Shown: positions 28,534 through 40,550, counted from the first letter of the stretch. The stretch: DNA of 64,000 nt from Desulfomicrobium sp. (GCA_040768745.1 JAXGMI010000001.1:800001-864000), one strand, 5' to 3'. Numbers and translations are program-made. Notes: a model not told the origin generated them from the letters alone.

Positions 28534-29004
28534 TTACCGCAGGAGATAAAAACCGAGCTCCTTGTCGAACTGGCCTTTCAAGAAACTGGCACCGATTCGC
28601 GATCCATCTGTATACAATGCCACGGCTCGCCGTTCGATGAGATCCTTGGACGCATTGTCCAGTCGGAAGCGCACCATCAACGCATCACCCGGATCAACGG
28701 GCCGCGCGGGAATTTCGGCTTCCCAGACGATGGAAAAACCGATTCCGTTCATGGACACATTGTGCACGTTGATGGGATAGGTGGCATTATTGCGGAGTAC
28801 CGAGCATTGGCCGTACAAATTCACGCTCTTTCGATAGAATTCCCGGAATTCGATCTGCATCTCCACGATTTGACCGCACTGGCATTTGATGCGGAGCATG
28901 CCTCCCGCTTTCTGCAAGGTTTTTGCATTGAACTCCCGCTCATACAAACAATGCGGACACCGGAAGAATGCGTTTCCACCTTTGTCGGCGTAGATCGTGT
29001 CCAT
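28534..29004 (-). CDS. PilZ-domain protein with N-terminal Zn-ribbon
   Basis: CPHC...CQCG, RxxxR (REFYR), NxSxxG (NVSMNG); AGGAG RBS before ATG 29004. Confidence 0.85.
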   Translation of the reverse strand: MDTIYADKGGNAFFRCPHCLYEREFNAKTLQKAGGMLRIKCQCGQIVEMQIEFREFYRKSVNLYGQCSVLRNNATYPINVHNVSMNGIGFSIVWEAEIPARPVDPGDALMVRFRLDNASKDLIERRAVALYTDGSRIGASFLKGQFDKELGFYLLR

Positions 29005-29129
29005 GAGGGCTCCTGCGTCCTGGCCGTATGCTTGTTCCTCTATCCACACGGAAAAGGGAATGTCACGAAAAAACCCGCCACCAAAAAACGGTAGGCAAAT
29101 CCTAAAAAAAGCCCTGACCTGGAAACAGG

Positions 29130-29456
29130 TCAGGGCTTTTCACGCAGCATGCGTCGAATCTCCTCGAGTTCACGGCGAATAAGGGCCAAAGGTTCTCGCC
29201 TGGCCTTGGATGCTTCGAGTTTCTGGCGCGCCCCCTTGATGGTCAGCTTCTCCACATACAGCAGATGCTTGATCCGCTCCAGCATCCGGAGATGCTCCTC
29301 GGTGTAGTAGCGCTGCCCTTTGGGCGTTCTGGCTGGCGCGGCTTGCGGAAACTCTTCTTCCCAGAAACGCAGGACATAGGGTTCCACGCCGAGGCGGCTG
29401 GCTGCCTGGCCAATACGTAAACGTTTTTCTGTGGCCGGCGCAACGGGCTTGAGCAC
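29130..29456 (-). CDS. MerR-family regulator downstream of pheT
   Basis: RIGQAA..LGVEPYVLRFWE.EF...GQRYY...TIKGARQKL; GTG start after GGAGG. Confidence 0.9.
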   Translation of the reverse strand: MLKPVAPATEKRLRIGQAASRLGVEPYVLRFWEEEFPQAAPARTPKGQRYYTEEHLRMLERIKHLLYVEKLTIKGARQKLEASKARREPLALIRRELEEIRRMLREKP

Positions 29457-29481
29457 GCTTCCTCCTGGCCACCTTCCGCAT

Positions 29482-31866
29482 TCAGGAGAAACGGACAGGC
29501 AACCCCTTGACCAGATGCTGACCAATATGGGCAGTGATCTTTTCCACTTCCTTGTCCTTCAAGGTCCGTTCCGGGTGCCGAAACACGAACCGAAAGGTCA
29601 AATTGCGCTCCCTGCCGCCTTCGGGGTCATAAATGTCCACCAGGAAGACATCTTCCAGAAGCGGTTCACGCAGTTGACGTACAGTATCAATTACCGAGCC
29701 GATTGCAAGGCCGCTGGGTGCGATGAGGGTCATGTCGCGCCGGATCACCGGATACTTGGGCAGGGAAGCAAAGGTGATCTTTTTTTGCATGACCATCAGC
29801 AGATCCAAATCCAGGTCTGCGTACCAGACCTCGGCTCTGGCCAGGTAATTGTCGGCCAGGTTCTCCCGGATCCTGCCCACGCGGCCGGCCATGGTCTCAC
29901 CGACCAGCACACAGACTTCTGGCTCCAGATAGGGATGACCATGCCCGCGCGCAAAGGATGCCGCACCAACACCCAGGGTATGCAGCAAATGTTCCACCAA
30001 GCCCTTGATGTCCTCGTAGCCCAGGAAGCCAGACACAAAGGGATAACGGCCCGGGAAACGCCCCCCGTGCAGAAGGATGCCCAGGCGATTGTTTTCCCTG
30101 GTCCGGGTATCGCTGGTCTGGTCCTGGACAAAGGTATGGGCCACCTCGAAAATGCGGATCCGTCCGTTGTCCTGACTGATATTGTGCCGCAGGGATCCGA
30201 GCAGGCCGGGAACGAGGTCCGTGCGCAGGACATCCATGTCCTCGCTCAACGGGTTGTAGATGCGTACCCTTCCCGCTGTGTCCAGCCCGCACCGGTCCAG
30301 ATCCTCGGTGCCCACGAAGCTGTAGTTGACAACTTCCGACAGGCCCACACCCCGGCCCCAGTCCTTGACCAGATTCAGAAAGGAAAAAATCGGATCGGCC
30401 TTGTCCAGGTCCGCCAGATTCTTCTTCACCGTGGGCAAGGTGGCCTCGATACGATCCATGCCGTAAACCCTGGCCACCTCTTCAATGAGATCCACTTCCC
30501 GCTCCAGGTCCAGCCTGAATGAAGGAGCAGCGACCTGCCAGGAATGCCCCTCGCCCCCGACCGCGCAGCCCAACGCGGACAGCGTGGACCGACAGAAATC
30601 GGAGGGCATATCCTGGCCCAGCAGGGCAGAGGCCCTCCCTGGGGCGAACGGGATGATCCTGGGCTCGAAAGGCCGGGGCTCGGCCTTGGCCACGCCAGGG
30701 GCCACGCGGCCGCCGGACAGGGAGGCCATCAGGGCAGCGGCCCGGTCCATGGCGAATGTGTTGCCGACCTGATCCACCCCCCGTTCGAAACGGTAGGATG
30801 CGTCACTGGACAGTCCAAGGCGCCGGGCTGTCTTGCGGATGGAGCCAGGGTCGAAGACCGCGCTTTCCAGCAGAACCGTGGTGCTTGTGGTGCTGATCTC
30901 GGAGTTGATCCCGCCCATGACCCCGGCCAGGGCCACGGGACGCTCGTCATCCCAGATCAGCAGGTCGCGGGGGGTCAGGACCCGCTCTTGCCCATCGAGG
31001 GTCACCAGCGTCATGCCGTCCCGGGCCAGACCGACCTGGATGCGGTTCCCCTTCAGCAAATCCCGGTCAAAGGCGTGCAGGGGCTGGCCGCATTCCATCA
31101 TGACATAGTTGGTCACATCCACGATGTTGCTGATGGGCCGCAGGCCGACTGCGATCAGCCGATACCGCAGCCAATCCGGGCTGGGACCGATGGATACGCC
31201 CCGGATCAACCGGGCCTGGTAGAGCGGACACATGGCGGGATCTGGTTCGATGCGGAAGCCGACAAACGGCTCCCCTTCTTCGACCAAACCCGTTGAGGGC
31301 TGGATCAGGGGCAGTCCGAAGGCCGCTGCCACTTCCCTGGCCAAGCCCAGCACGGACAGGCAATCCGCCCGGTTGGGGGTGATGCTGACGTCCAGGACAG
31401 CCTGCTCAAGGCCAAGGGCCTCGCAGACGGGCGTGCCCGGTCGCAACGCCGGATCGAGGACCATGATCCCTGCATGTCCGTCTCCCAAGGCCAGCTCCCG
31501 TTCGGAACAGATCATACCGCAGGACGGCTGTCCGCGGAGCTTGGCCTTCTTGATCTCCAGGCCGCTGGGCATGATCGTTCCCACAGGGGCCACGGGCACC
31601 TTCTGCCCCGCCGCCACGTTGGGGGCGCCGCAGACGATGCCCAGAAGTTCGCCGCTCCCGATGTCCACCTTGCAGACTGAAAGGTGATCCGAATCAGGAT
31701 GTGCCATTCGCTCCACCACATGGCCAACGATCATCTTCGAAAGGGCCGCAAAGGGGTTGCGGATCTCCTCCACCTCCAGTCCGAGCATGGTCAATCTGTC
31801 GCCCAGATCCGAAGCGCTTCCCTCATAGGGAACAAATTCCCGCAGCCAGTTCAAACTCAACAGCAT
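29482..31866 (-). CDS. pheT: Phenylalanyl-tRNA synthetase beta subunit
   Basis: IVCGAPNV, ITPNRADCLS, RFERGVD and EEVARVYG motifs. Confidence 0.98.
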   Translation of the reverse strand: MLLSLNWLREFVPYEGSASDLGDRLTMLGLEVEEIRNPFAALSKMIVGHVVERMAHPDSDHLSVCKVDIGSGELLGIVCGAPNVAAGQKVPVAPVGTIMPSGLEIKKAKLRGQPSCGMICSERELALGDGHAGIMVLDPALRPGTPVCEALGLEQAVLDVSITPNRADCLSVLGLAREVAAAFGLPLIQPSTGLVEEGEPFVGFRIEPDPAMCPLYQARLIRGVSIGPSPDWLRYRLIAVGLRPISNIVDVTNYVMMECGQPLHAFDRDLLKGNRIQVGLARDGMTLVTLDGQERVLTPRDLLIWDDERPVALAGVMGGINSEISTTSTTVLLESAVFDPGSIRKTARRLGLSSDASYRFERGVDQVGNTFAMDRAAALMASLSGGRVAPGVAKAEPRPFEPRIIPFAPGRASALLGQDMPSDFCRSTLSALGCAVGGEGHSWQVAAPSFRLDLEREVDLIEEVARVYGMDRIEATLPTVKKNLADLDKADPIFSFLNLVKDWGRGVGLSEVVNYSFVGTEDLDRCGLDTAGRVRIYNPLSEDMDVLRTDLVPGLLGSLRHNISQDNGRIRIFEVAHTFVQDQTSDTRTRENNRLGILLHGGRFPGRYPFVSGFLGYEDIKGLVEHLLHTLGVGAASFARGHGHPYLEPEVCVLVGETMAGRVGRIRENLADNYLARAEVWYADLDLDLLMVMQKKITFASLPKYPVIRRDMTLIAPSGLAIGSVIDTVRQLREPLLEDVFLVDIYDPEGGRERNLTFRFVFRHPERTLKDKEVEKITAHIGQHLVKGLPVRFS

Positions 31867-31880
31867 GGCAAAAACCCCCC

Positions 31881-32924
31881 TCAGGCAAACTGCCGGAGGA
31901 AACGCAGATCATTCTCGAAAAACATGCGCAGATCGCCAATCCCGTACTTGAGCATGGCAATACGCTCCACGCCGAGGCCAAAGGCGAACCCCGTGTACGC
32001 GCCATCTTCATAGCCGACTTTGTGGAACACTGCCGGATCGACCATGCCGCAGCCCAGGATCTCCACCCAGCCCGTCTCCTTGCAGACCCTGCACGGCTCT
32101 TGGCCGAGGCGCCCCTTGCCTCCGCAGATGACGCAGCTGATATCGACCTCGGCGCTGGGCTCGGTGAACGGGAAAAAACTCGGCCGGAAACGAACCTTGG
32201 TGTCGTGTCCGAACACGGTCCGCACAAAGGCGGTCAAGGTGCCCCGCAAATCCGCCAGCGTCACGCATCTGTCCACCAGCAACCCCTCGACCTGATGAAA
32301 CATGGGCGTGTGGGTGAGGTCCGAATCTCGGCGGTAGACCTTGCCGGGGGCTATGACGCCCAGGGGAGGTTTGCGGGCCAGCATGGTCCGGACCTGCAAG
32401 GGGGAGGTGTGCGTACGCAGCAGGATGGAATCGGAAATGTAGAGCGTATCCTGCATGTCCCGGGCTGGATGCTCGGGGGGCAGGTTCAAGGCCTCGAAGT
32501 TGTGGAAGTCGTTTTCCACCTCTGGGCCCGAGACAACCTCGAATCCAAGCCCCATGAACACCGTGCAGATTTCCCTGGTCACCCGGGTAACCGGGTGCAG
32601 GGACCCAAGGTCCGGGGCCCAGGAAGGCATGGACGGGTCGAAGACGCTCAAAACCTGCTCCTGTGCGCGGTCCTTGAGTGCCTGCAACCGTTCCTCCCAC
32701 AATGCGGTCATGGCAGCCTTGACCTGATTGGCGGCCTTGCCCGCGGCGGGGCGCTCGTCCGGACCGAGGGCCGTCAGCCCGGACATGAGGTCGGCCAGCA
32801 ACCCCTTGCGGCCGAGAAAGCGGACCCGTGCCGCTTCCAACTCTTCCAATGAAGAAGCCTGGCCCAGGGCTTCCGTCAGCTCCGGGACCAGGCTTTCCAG
32901 CTTGCGAATGATGTCGTTAGCCAC
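31881..32924 (-). CDS. pheS: Phenylalanyl-tRNA synthetase alpha subunit
   Basis: [23 protein letters not shown] and [10 protein letters not shown] motifs. Confidence 0.98.
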   Translation of the reverse strand: MANDIIRKLESLVPELTEALGQASSLEELEAARVRFLGRKGLLADLMSGLTALGPDERPAAGKAANQVKAAMTALWEERLQALKDRAQEQVLSVFDPSMPSWAPDLGSLHPVTRVTREICTVFMGLGFEVVSGPEVENDFHNFEALNLPPEHPARDMQDTLYISDSILLRTHTSPLQVRTMLARKPPLGVIAPGKVYRRDSDLTHTPMFHQVEGLLVDRCVTLADLRGTLTAFVRTVFGHDTKVRFRPSFFPFTEPSAEVDISCVICGGKGRLGQEPCRVCKETGWVEILGCGMVDPAVFHKVGYEDGAYTGFAFGLGVERIAMLKYGIGDLRMFFENDLRFLRQFA

Positions 32925-33277
32925 TAGTTCGCCTTGGATTTTACCATTTCACACAGCTTGGCAAAGGCGTCTTTCTCGAAGACAGCCATATCGGCCAAAG
33001 CCTTCCGGTTGAGATTGATATCGGCAAGCTTCAAGCCGTGCATGAAGCGGTTGTAGCTCAAACCGTGTTCGCGGACTCCCGCGTTGATGCGCACGATCCA
33101 CAGTTTCCGGAACGCTCTTTTCTTCTGCTTTCTGTCCCGGTAGGCAAAGACGAGGGCCCTCTCCACCGTCTCGCGGGCGGTGCGATACAGGGTGCTTCTG
33201 CCGGCGCGGTACCCCTTGGCCAGGGCCAGGTACTTCTTGTGCCTTCTGTGGGCGCTTTTTCCTCTTTTTACTCTCAT
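32924..33277 (-). CDS. rplT: 50S ribosomal protein L20
   Basis: MRVKRG...AYRDRK..KR.FR.LWI.RINA. Confidence 0.98.
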   Translation of the reverse strand: MRVKRGKSAHRRHKKYLALAKGYRAGRSTLYRTARETVERALVFAYRDRKQKKRAFRKLWIVRINAGVREHGLSYNRFMHGLKLADINLNRKALADMAVFEKDAFAKLCEMVKSKAN

Positions 33278-33350
33278 GTTCTTCTCCTTTGATCAGGCAT
33301 AGTGGGAAATGACTATGCGCTGAGTCCTTGGGCTCCGGATCATCCGGAAA

Positions 33351-33551
33351 CTAGAAAATGTACGGCACCAGGCGACGGATGGCCGCGACACATGACGGAG
33401 CGGCCGTCGTGGACTGGCGCAGCTGCCTTTTGCGCTTGGGCGACTTCTTGGTCAGGATGTGGCGCATGTTGGCATGGCTTCTCCTGACCTTGCCGCTGCC
33501 TGTCACGGTAAACCGCTTGGCAGCGCTTCGGTTGGTTTTCACCTTCGACAT
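33351..33551 (-). CDS. rpmI: 50S ribosomal protein L35
   Basis: [20 protein letters not shown]...HILTKKS; GAGGAGGA RBS. Confidence 0.96.
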   Translation of the reverse strand: MSKVKTNRSAAKRFTVTGSGKVRRSHANMRHILTKKSPKRKRQLRQSTTAAPSCVAAIRRLVPYIF

Positions 33552-33652
33552 AGTTCCTCCTCGAACAAACTCGTAGGCCGCGCGAGCGACCGGCAATACT
33601 GCTCCCTCCCGCCAGGATGACGGGAAATTTTGTATGCGGCGGCAGAGGGAGC

Positions 33653-34157
<505 letters not shown>

Positions 34158-34174
<17 letters not shown>

Positions 34175-36092
34175 ATCTCATACCTCCACGTTTGAATGGT
34201 TCTTCACACTCCTGCCGCAGCAGATCCACAAAGGCCTCTATGGACAGGGCGCCCAGAGTGTGGCCGCCCCTGGCCCGCACGTTGACGCAGGCCTGCTCGA
34301 CTTCCTGATCCCCGACGACCAAGGCGTAGGGGATTTTCTCCATCTGCGCCTCGCGCACTTTGTACCCGAGCTTTTCGTTGCGCAGGTCCAATTCAATACG
34401 CACGCCGGCTTGCCGCAGCGCTTCCTCGCACTTCCGGGCGAACTCGTTGTGGCTGTCGGTGACGGTCAGAATGCGCGCCTGAACCGGGGCAAGCCACGTG
34501 GGGAATGCCCCGGCGAAATGTTCGGTCAGAATGCCGATAAAGCGCTCCACAGAGCCCATGATGGCCCGATGCACCATGACCGGACGGTGCCGTTCCCCAT
34601 CCTCGCCGACGTATAACAAGTCAAAACGATCCGGCAAGGTGAAATCCACCTGGATGGTGGAACACTGCCACTGTCGCCCCAGGCAGTCGCGCAGCTTCAC
34701 GTCAATCTTGGGACCATAGAAGGCCCCGTCGCCCTCGTTGATCTGGTAGGGAAGGCCCATTTCCTTCATGGCATCCATCAGCGCGGCCGTGGCCCGCTCC
34801 CAGTCCAGATCCGAACCAATGGATTTTTCAGGCCGTGTGCTGATCTCCATGGAGTACTCGAATCCAAACACGCCCATGAGGTCCTGAATCCAGTTCATGA
34901 CGCCCTTGATCTCGTCCAGGAGCTGGTCCGGTCGGCAGATGATGTGAGCGTCGTCCTGGGTGAACTGGCGCACGCGCAAAAGGCCGTGCAGGACGCCGGA
35001 AAGCTCGTGGCGATGGACCACTCCGAACTCGAACAGCCTGATGGGCAGGTCCCGGTAACTGCGCTGCCTGGTGTTGTAGATGAGCATGTGGGCCACGCAG
35101 TTCATGGGCTTGACCCCGTAGGGTGCGCCGTCGATCTCCGTGAAGTACATGTTCTCCCGGTAATTGGCGTAATGGCCCGAGGTCTCCCACAAGTCACGCT
35201 TCAGAATTTGGGGTGTACGGACAATGCCGTAGTCCCGGCGGAGCATCTCCTTGGTCACGAAATCTTCCAGGATGGTCCGCACCAGGGAGCCCTTGGGGTG
35301 CCAATAAGCCATTCCGGCCCCCCCGCGCTCGTGAAAACTGAACAGGTCGAGCTGCGGTCCAAGCTTGCGGTGATCGCGCTTCTTGGCCTCTTCGAGCATG
35401 ACCAGATGGGCCTTGAGCTCCTTGGGCGTGGCAAAGGCAATGCCGTAGATGCGCTGCAGCATGGGCCGGTTGGAATCACCGCGCCAGTAGGCCCCGGCCA
35501 CGGAGGTCAGCTTCACGGCCTGCAGGAAACCGGTGGAAGGCAGATGTGGACCTCGGCACAGATCGACAAAATCGCCATGTCGATAGACGGAAACTTGCTC
35601 AGCCCCAAGGTCGTCGATGATTTCCAGCTTGTAGGTCTCGTTCATGGAGGCGAACAGGGCCTTGGCCTCCGCCGCGCTCATCTCCTGGCGGGAGAACGGT
35701 CGGTCGGCGGCCACGGACTGGGCCATGCGTTCTTCGATCTTCTCCAGGTCCTCGGGGGTGAAGGGCCGCTCGAAATCGAAGTCGTAATAGAAGCCGTTTT
35801 CAATATCCGGACCGATGGTCACCTTGGCCGAAGGAAAAAGCCCCTTCACCGCCTCGGCCATGACATGGGCGGCGCTGTGCCGCAGCACGCAAAGGCCTTC
35901 GGGAGACTCCAGGAAGACTGGCTCCACGGCAGTGACGCCGGACGGAAGGGGACTGGCCAGGTCGCGCAGGACCCCATCGCACGCGCACGCCACCACTGCC
36001 TTCATTTTTTTACCCGAAAGCACGCCCTTGAGCATGTCCGCGCAAGACTGTCCCGCCTGAACCTGGACTTCTTGCCCCTGAACCTGGACCAT
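34158..36092 (-). CDS. thrS: Threonyl-tRNA synthetase
   Basis: LRHSAAH, DLCRGPH, RDHRKLG, KPMNC and GAFYGPKID motifs. Confidence 0.98.
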
Positions 36093-36113
36093 ATGCATTG
36101 CCTCACAAACACG

Positions 36114-36136
36114 ATAGGGAGGCCGTGCCTCCCTAT
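36114..36136 (-). terminator. Hairpin between tRNA-Val and thrS
   Basis: ATAGGGAGGC-CGT-GCCTCCCTAT perfect 10-bp stem, weak U tract. Confidence 0.45.
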
Positions 36137-36148
36137 AAAACTCTGAAG

Positions 36149-36223
36149 TGGTAGGCGCGAGGAGGGTCGAACTCCTGACCCCTTGCACGTCAAGCAAGTG
36201 CTCTCCCACTGAGCTACGCGCCT
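36149..36223 (-). tRNA. tRNA-Val (GAC)
   Basis: AGGCGCG...CGCGCCT acceptor stem, anticodon arm CTTGC-TTGACGT-GCAAG, GTTCGA T-loop, encoded CCA. Confidence 0.97.
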
Positions 36224-36532
36224 AAATGGAGAGCCGCATATATCGCCGGCCCCCGAGAATTGTCAACACCCCTTTTTCATGTCGACCAAAATTTCCGACA
36301 CTGTCTCCAGCTCCGCGCCCATGGAAAAATGATCGTCCCTGGGGCAAGGTTCTGGAATTGGCTTCCCCCATCAGATCCGCTATGGGTTGCACTGCTTTCG
36401 CGAACCGAGCAATAACGGGCACCGCGACGCATTTTCCAGGGGGGCAGTGGCATAATGTTGCGTGCTCACCCCTGTGCGGCCTTTGCCGCCATGCGCCAGA
36501 CCAGAACATCGCCAGAAAATTGAGGGCAAAAA

Positions 36533-36925
36533 ATGATATCATTACAAATAAACACAAAATCCAGAGAGGCCATGATCGACATCACTCCGCTTCTGGAAGA
36601 CGCGCTCCAGGCCCAGGGAGTCAGCTCCGGCCTGCTCTTGGTCTACGCTCCGCACACCACCACCGGCCTGACCATCAACGAAGGCGCGGATCCGGACGTG
36701 TGCCGCGACATCCTTGCCCACCTGCGGACCATGATCCCCAATCACGCCGAATTCCGCCACAGCGAGGGGAATTCGGACGCCCACATCAAGGCATCCCTGC
36801 TCGGCTCCTCGGTGCAGATCATCGTGGATCAAGGCCATCTGAAACTCGGCACCTGGCAGCGGGTCTTCCTGGGTGAATTCGACGGACCCAGAACCCGCAA
36901 TATCTGGTGTAAGATCCTGTCCTGA
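36533..36925 (+). CDS. yjbQ: YjbQ/UPF0047 family protein
   Basis: PHTT.GLTINEGADPDV, H.EGNSDAHIKASL and LGTWQ...EFDGPR motifs. Confidence 0.95.
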   Translation: MISLQINTKSREAMIDITPLLEDALQAQGVSSGLLLVYAPHTTTGLTINEGADPDVCRDILAHLRTMIPNHAEFRHSEGNSDAHIKASLLGSSVQIIVDQGHLKLGTWQRVFLGEFDGPRTRNIWCKILS

Positions 36926-36928
36926 AGG

Positions 36929-37927
36929 TTACTCTTCGCGCAGCGGCCTGGTCATCAGTTCACGCACGGCCTGGGCAGGGTTTTTGCCCTCGAAGAGAAC
37001 GGCATGAACCTGGGCGGTGATGGGCAGTTCCAGGCAACGCCGCTGGCCCAAGGCATGGACGGCCTCGGTCGTCTTGACCCCCTCGGCCACATTGTGCATT
37101 CCCGCCAGCACCTGGTCCAGAGTCTGACCCCGGCCAATGGCCAATCCGACCCGACGATTGCGGCTCAGATCGCCAGTGCAGGTCAATACCAGATCCCCCA
37201 TCCCGGAAAGCCCCATGAACGTGGCGGGCTTGGCCCCCAGGGCGACCCCCAGGCGGGACATTTCCGCCAGACCTCGGGTGATCAGGGCCGCACGCGCATT
37301 TTCCCCAAACCCCAGCCCGTCGGAAATGCCCGAGGCGATGGCCATGATATTCTTGACTGCCCCGCCCAACTCGACGCCTGTCACATCCTGATTGACGTAC
37401 ACCCTGAACAACCCGGTCGAAAATACGTTCTGGACCAAATCGGCCAGATGGATGTCCGCACACCCCAGGGTTACGGCAGTGGGCATGCGGTCCACCACTT
37501 CCGAAGCAAAGGAAGGGCCGGACAGGATGGCGTAGCGGGGGGCCAGACCTGCCAGTTCATCCCTGACAACAGCGCCCATGGTTCTGAACGTCCCCAGCTC
37601 CATGCCCTTGCTGGCGCAGACGATACCCGGCTCCCGGGGGAACAGCGCCTTGTTCTCGCATAAGAAGGATCCCAGATGCTGACAGGGCAGGGCCAAAACA
37701 ATGCAGACCGCTTCGGCCAGAACAAAAGCCAGATCCACGCTGGCCCGCAGGTTTCGGCTCAAAGCACGGCCTGCCAGATAGCGGGTGTTTGTGCCCTGTT
37801 CGTCAATTTCGCGAGCCAACTCTTCGCGCCTGACCCACAGCCAGACATCCACTCCCTGTTCAGCCAGCACGTTGGCCAGAGCCGTGCCCCAACTCCCACC
37901 GCCCAGCACAGCAATCTTCACACGCAC
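36929..37927 (-). CDS. gpsA: NAD(P)H-dependent glycerol-3-phosphate dehydrogenase
   Basis: GGGSWGTALA, LSGPSFA, GGAVKN and GDLVLTCT...SRNR motifs. Confidence 0.97.
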   Translation of the reverse strand: MRVKIAVLGGGSWGTALANVLAEQGVDVWLWVRREELAREIDEQGTNTRYLAGRALSRNLRASVDLAFVLAEAVCIVLALPCQHLGSFLCENKALFPREPGIVCASKGMELGTFRTMGAVVRDELAGLAPRYAILSGPSFASEVVDRMPTAVTLGCADIHLADLVQNVFSTGLFRVYVNQDVTGVELGGAVKNIMAIASGISDGLGFGENARAALITRGLAEMSRLGVALGAKPATFMGLSGMGDLVLTCTGDLSRNRRVGLAIGRGQTLDQVLAGMHNVAEGVKTTEAVHALGQRRCLELPITAQVHAVLFEGKNPAQAVRELMTRPLREE

Positions 37928-38074
37928 CTCCCGGTTGGTTCCTTGCTTCGCACAAAGGCAGTATCAAAGAAGGGCCGCGTTCTGTAAAGCCTCCTATTGC
38001 CAGCATATACCGAAACGGGTACGAAGCGATCTCGAAATCAAGCAGGCCCCTGCAGGCCATCGCGAGGAATGCCA

Positions 38075-38545
38075 GTGCACTTCACCCCTACCGAACGCAA
38101 TATTCTGCGTATTGTCCAGGACACCCTCCCCGACTGCGCAACCCCTTACGCGGAGATCGCCAGGCAGACCGGCAGCACCGAGGACGATGTCCTGGCCCTG
38201 CTCAATAAACTCAAGGCAGGTGGGCAGATCCGCCGTTTCGGCGCGACTCTGCGTCACCAGCAGGCCGGATACGGCTTCAACGCCATGGTGGCGTGGTATG
38301 TGGAAGAGGGGTTTGACGTCGACGAGGTGGGACGCGTGATGGCAAAGCGCCCGGAGATTTCCCACTGCTACCTGCGGCCCAACTGCATGGACTGGCCCTA
38401 CGACATGTATACCATGATCCACGGCAAAAGCCGTGAAGACTGCATGCGGGTGGTGAGGGATCTGGTCGAACAGACGGGCGTGACCCAATATGAAATTCTG
38501 TTCAGCATCAAAGAACTGAAAAAGACATCCATGGAATATTTCTAG
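38075..38545 (+). CDS. ahbB: Siroheme decarboxylase subunit (Lrp/AsnC-like, AhbB/NirH type)
   Basis: IRRFGA.LRHQ.AG...NAMVAW, SHCY.R, WPY.MYTMIHG and ELKKTSM; directly upstream of hemL. Confidence 0.85.
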   Translation: MHFTPTERNILRIVQDTLPDCATPYAEIARQTGSTEDDVLALLNKLKAGGQIRRFGATLRHQQAGYGFNAMVAWYVEEGFDVDEVGRVMAKRPEISHCYLRPNCMDWPYDMYTMIHGKSREDCMRVVRDLVEQTGVTQYEILFSIKELKKTSMEYF

Positions 38546-38560
38546 ATTCCGGAGCAGAGC

Positions 38561-39829
38561 ATGACCATCTCACAGGATCTTTTCCAGAAAGCCTTGACCC
38601 TCATCCCCGGAGGCGTGAACAGCCCGGTGCGGGCCTGCAAAAGCGTGCAGTGCGAGCCCCTTTTCATCGCCAGTGCCTCGGGCAGCAAACTGACCACCGA
38701 GGACGGCACGGAGCTCATCGACTACGTCATGTCCTGGGGGCCCATGCTGCTGGGCCACAACCATCCGGAGGTGGCCGCTGCCATCGCCGCCACGGCGGCC
38801 AACGGGACGAGCTTCGGCGCGCCCTGCCGGCTGGAGGTGGAACTGGCCCAGACCGTGATCGACGCGGTCCCAGGCATTGAGATGGTTCGCATGGTCAGTT
38901 CAGGCACTGAGGCGACCATGAGCGCCCTGCGCCTGGCCAGAGGATATACGGGCCGCAACGGTGTGATAAAATTTCACGGAGGCTACCACGGCCATGCCGA
39001 CGCGTTCCTGGCCAGCGCCGGATCGGGAGTGGCCACCCAGTCCATCCCCGGAACCCCCGGCGTACCCCAGGACGTGGTCAAGCATACCCTGCTGGCGCAC
39101 TACAACGACTTGCACATGGTCAGGGCTCTTTTCGAAGAGCAAGGGGACGACATCGCCGCCGTCATCGTCGAACCCGTGGCCGGCAACATGGGGCTGGTGC
39201 TGCCCAAGCCCGGCTTTCTGGAGGGATTGCGAGACCTGACCCGGAAGTTTGGGGCCCTGCTCATTTTTGACGAGGTCATCACCGGATTCCGGATCGGCTA
39301 CGGTGGAGCCCAACAAGCCTTTAAGATGGAACCGGATCTGACCTGTCTGGGCAAAATCATCGGTGGCGGCCTGCCTGTTGGCGCCTACGGGGGAAAACGG
39401 GAAATTATGGCGCACATCGCGCCCAGCGGCAATGTCTACCAGGCTGGAACCCTGTCCGGAAACCCCCTGGCCATGGCCGCCGGGCTTGCCACCCTGAACG
39501 CCCTGGCCCGCCAGAACTACGATGCCCTGGCCAGTCGGACCGAGGCCTTTTCACGCGAACTCGAGAATATTTTGCGCGGCAAGGGGCTGCCCGTGACCCG
39601 CAATCACATCGCCTCCATATTCACCATCTTCTTCTCCGCCACTCCGGTCACGGACTTTCCCTCGGCCCAGGCTGCTGATGCGAAACTTTTCACCACATTC
39701 TACCAACAGATGCGGGAACAGGGCATCTATCTTGCACCATCCGCATTTGAATGCGCCTTTACCTCCTTCGCCCATTCCGCGGAGGATCTGGAGCGCACCC
39801 TGGACGCAGCCAGCAAGGTCCGGTTTTAG
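38561..39829 (+). CDS. hemL: Glutamate-1-semialdehyde 2,1-aminomutase
   Basis: [33 protein letters not shown] and [12 protein letters not shown] motifs. Confidence 0.98.
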   Translation: MTISQDLFQKALTLIPGGVNSPVRACKSVQCEPLFIASASGSKLTTEDGTELIDYVMSWGPMLLGHNHPEVAAAIAATAANGTSFGAPCRLEVELAQTVIDAVPGIEMVRMVSSGTEATMSALRLARGYTGRNGVIKFHGGYHGHADAFLASAGSGVATQSIPGTPGVPQDVVKHTLLAHYNDLHMVRALFEEQGDDIAAVIVEPVAGNMGLVLPKPGFLEGLRDLTRKFGALLIFDEVITGFRIGYGGAQQAFKMEPDLTCLGKIIGGGLPVGAYGGKREIMAHIAPSGNVYQAGTLSGNPLAMAAGLATLNALARQNYDALASRTEAFSRELENILRGKGLPVTRNHIASIFTIFFSATPVTDFPSAQAADAKLFTTFYQQMREQGIYLAPSAFECAFTSFAHSAEDLERTLDAASKVRF

Positions 39830-39853
39830 GTTCAGTGCATTTGAGCGGCATTC

Positions 39854-39883
39854 TTGACTGAAGACCAACAACGTCGGTATAAA
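39854..39883 (+). promoter_or_regulatory. Candidate sigma70 promoter of the cytochrome c3 gene
   Basis: TTGACT-N18-TATAAA. Confidence 0.4.
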
Positions 39884-39933
39884 GACCCCAGCTTGTGCTT
39901 TTTGTAACTTTTCTTTCTGGAGGTAGAAAGAGG

Positions 39934-40362
39934 ATGAAAAAATCATTGTTGCTCAGCCTGCTCTGTGCGGCGCTCCTGTGTCTGGTCGCCGCTCCGATCG
40001 TCAGTGCTGCCGACGCCCCCAAGGATGACTATGTCATCAAGGCCCCCGCAGGCATGAAGACGAAGGAAAAAGACGGCAAACCCGGCGCGCTGCAGAAGAC
40101 GGTGCCTTTTGCCCACTCCAAGCACGCCGCTGCCAAGTGCCAGGAATGCCATCATACCATGGACAAGGATGGCGGGAAAATCAAGAAGTGTACTGACGCC
40201 GGTTGCCATGACTCCCTTGAAGCCAAGGGCAAGGACAACGCCAAGGAAGTGAAGCTGGTGGAAAATGCCTTCCACAATCAGTGCATCGATTGCCACAAGA
40301 AGCTGAAGACCGAAAACAAGCCTACGGGCCCCAGCGCTTGCGGCAAGTGTCACACCAAGTAA
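39934..40362 (+). CDS. cycA: Tetraheme type I cytochrome c3 with Sec signal peptide
   Basis: Four heme motifs CQECH, CTDAGCH, CIDCH, CGKCH; mature N-terminus ADAP.DDYVI.AP resembles Desulfomicrobium c3. Confidence 0.95.
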   Translation: MKKSLLLSLLCAALLCLVAAPIVSAADAPKDDYVIKAPAGMKTKEKDGKPGALQKTVPFAHSKHAAAKCQECHHTMDKDGGKIKKCTDAGCHDSLEAKGKDNAKEVKLVENAFHNQCIDCHKKLKTENKPTGPSACGKCHTK

Positions 40363-40420
40363 GGCGCATTCCCGCGCTGTAGATTTCGCATAAGCACAAG
40401 CAAAGGCCGGCCTTTGGTTC

Positions 40421-40455
40421 GCCCCTCCGCAGAACCTGCGGAGGGGCTTTTTTTT
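40421..40455 (+). terminator. Rho-independent terminator after cycA
   Basis: GCCCCTCCGCAG-AAC-CTGCGGAGGGGC followed by T8. Confidence 0.9.
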
Positions 40456-40550
40456 GGCCTGGGACCTGGATCGCTGTTCACCGCATTGCCCTTGACTGCC
40501 CTTCCTGCTACGAGCGGACCAAGTTGCCAACTTCAAGCAAGGATACTGTC

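Noticed and set aside
36114..36136. tRNA-Thr anticodon-mimic operator of thrS
   Set aside because: On the mRNA strand the loop reads ACG, not an xGU anticodon; more simply a post-tRNA hairpin.
36448..36462. sigma54 promoter before yjbQ (TGGCATAATGTTGC)
   Set aside because: GG-GC spacing is one base short of the strict -24/-12 geometry.
39893..39910. Rex operator upstream of cycA
   Set aside because: Only the TTGTG half-site matches; no convincing palindrome.
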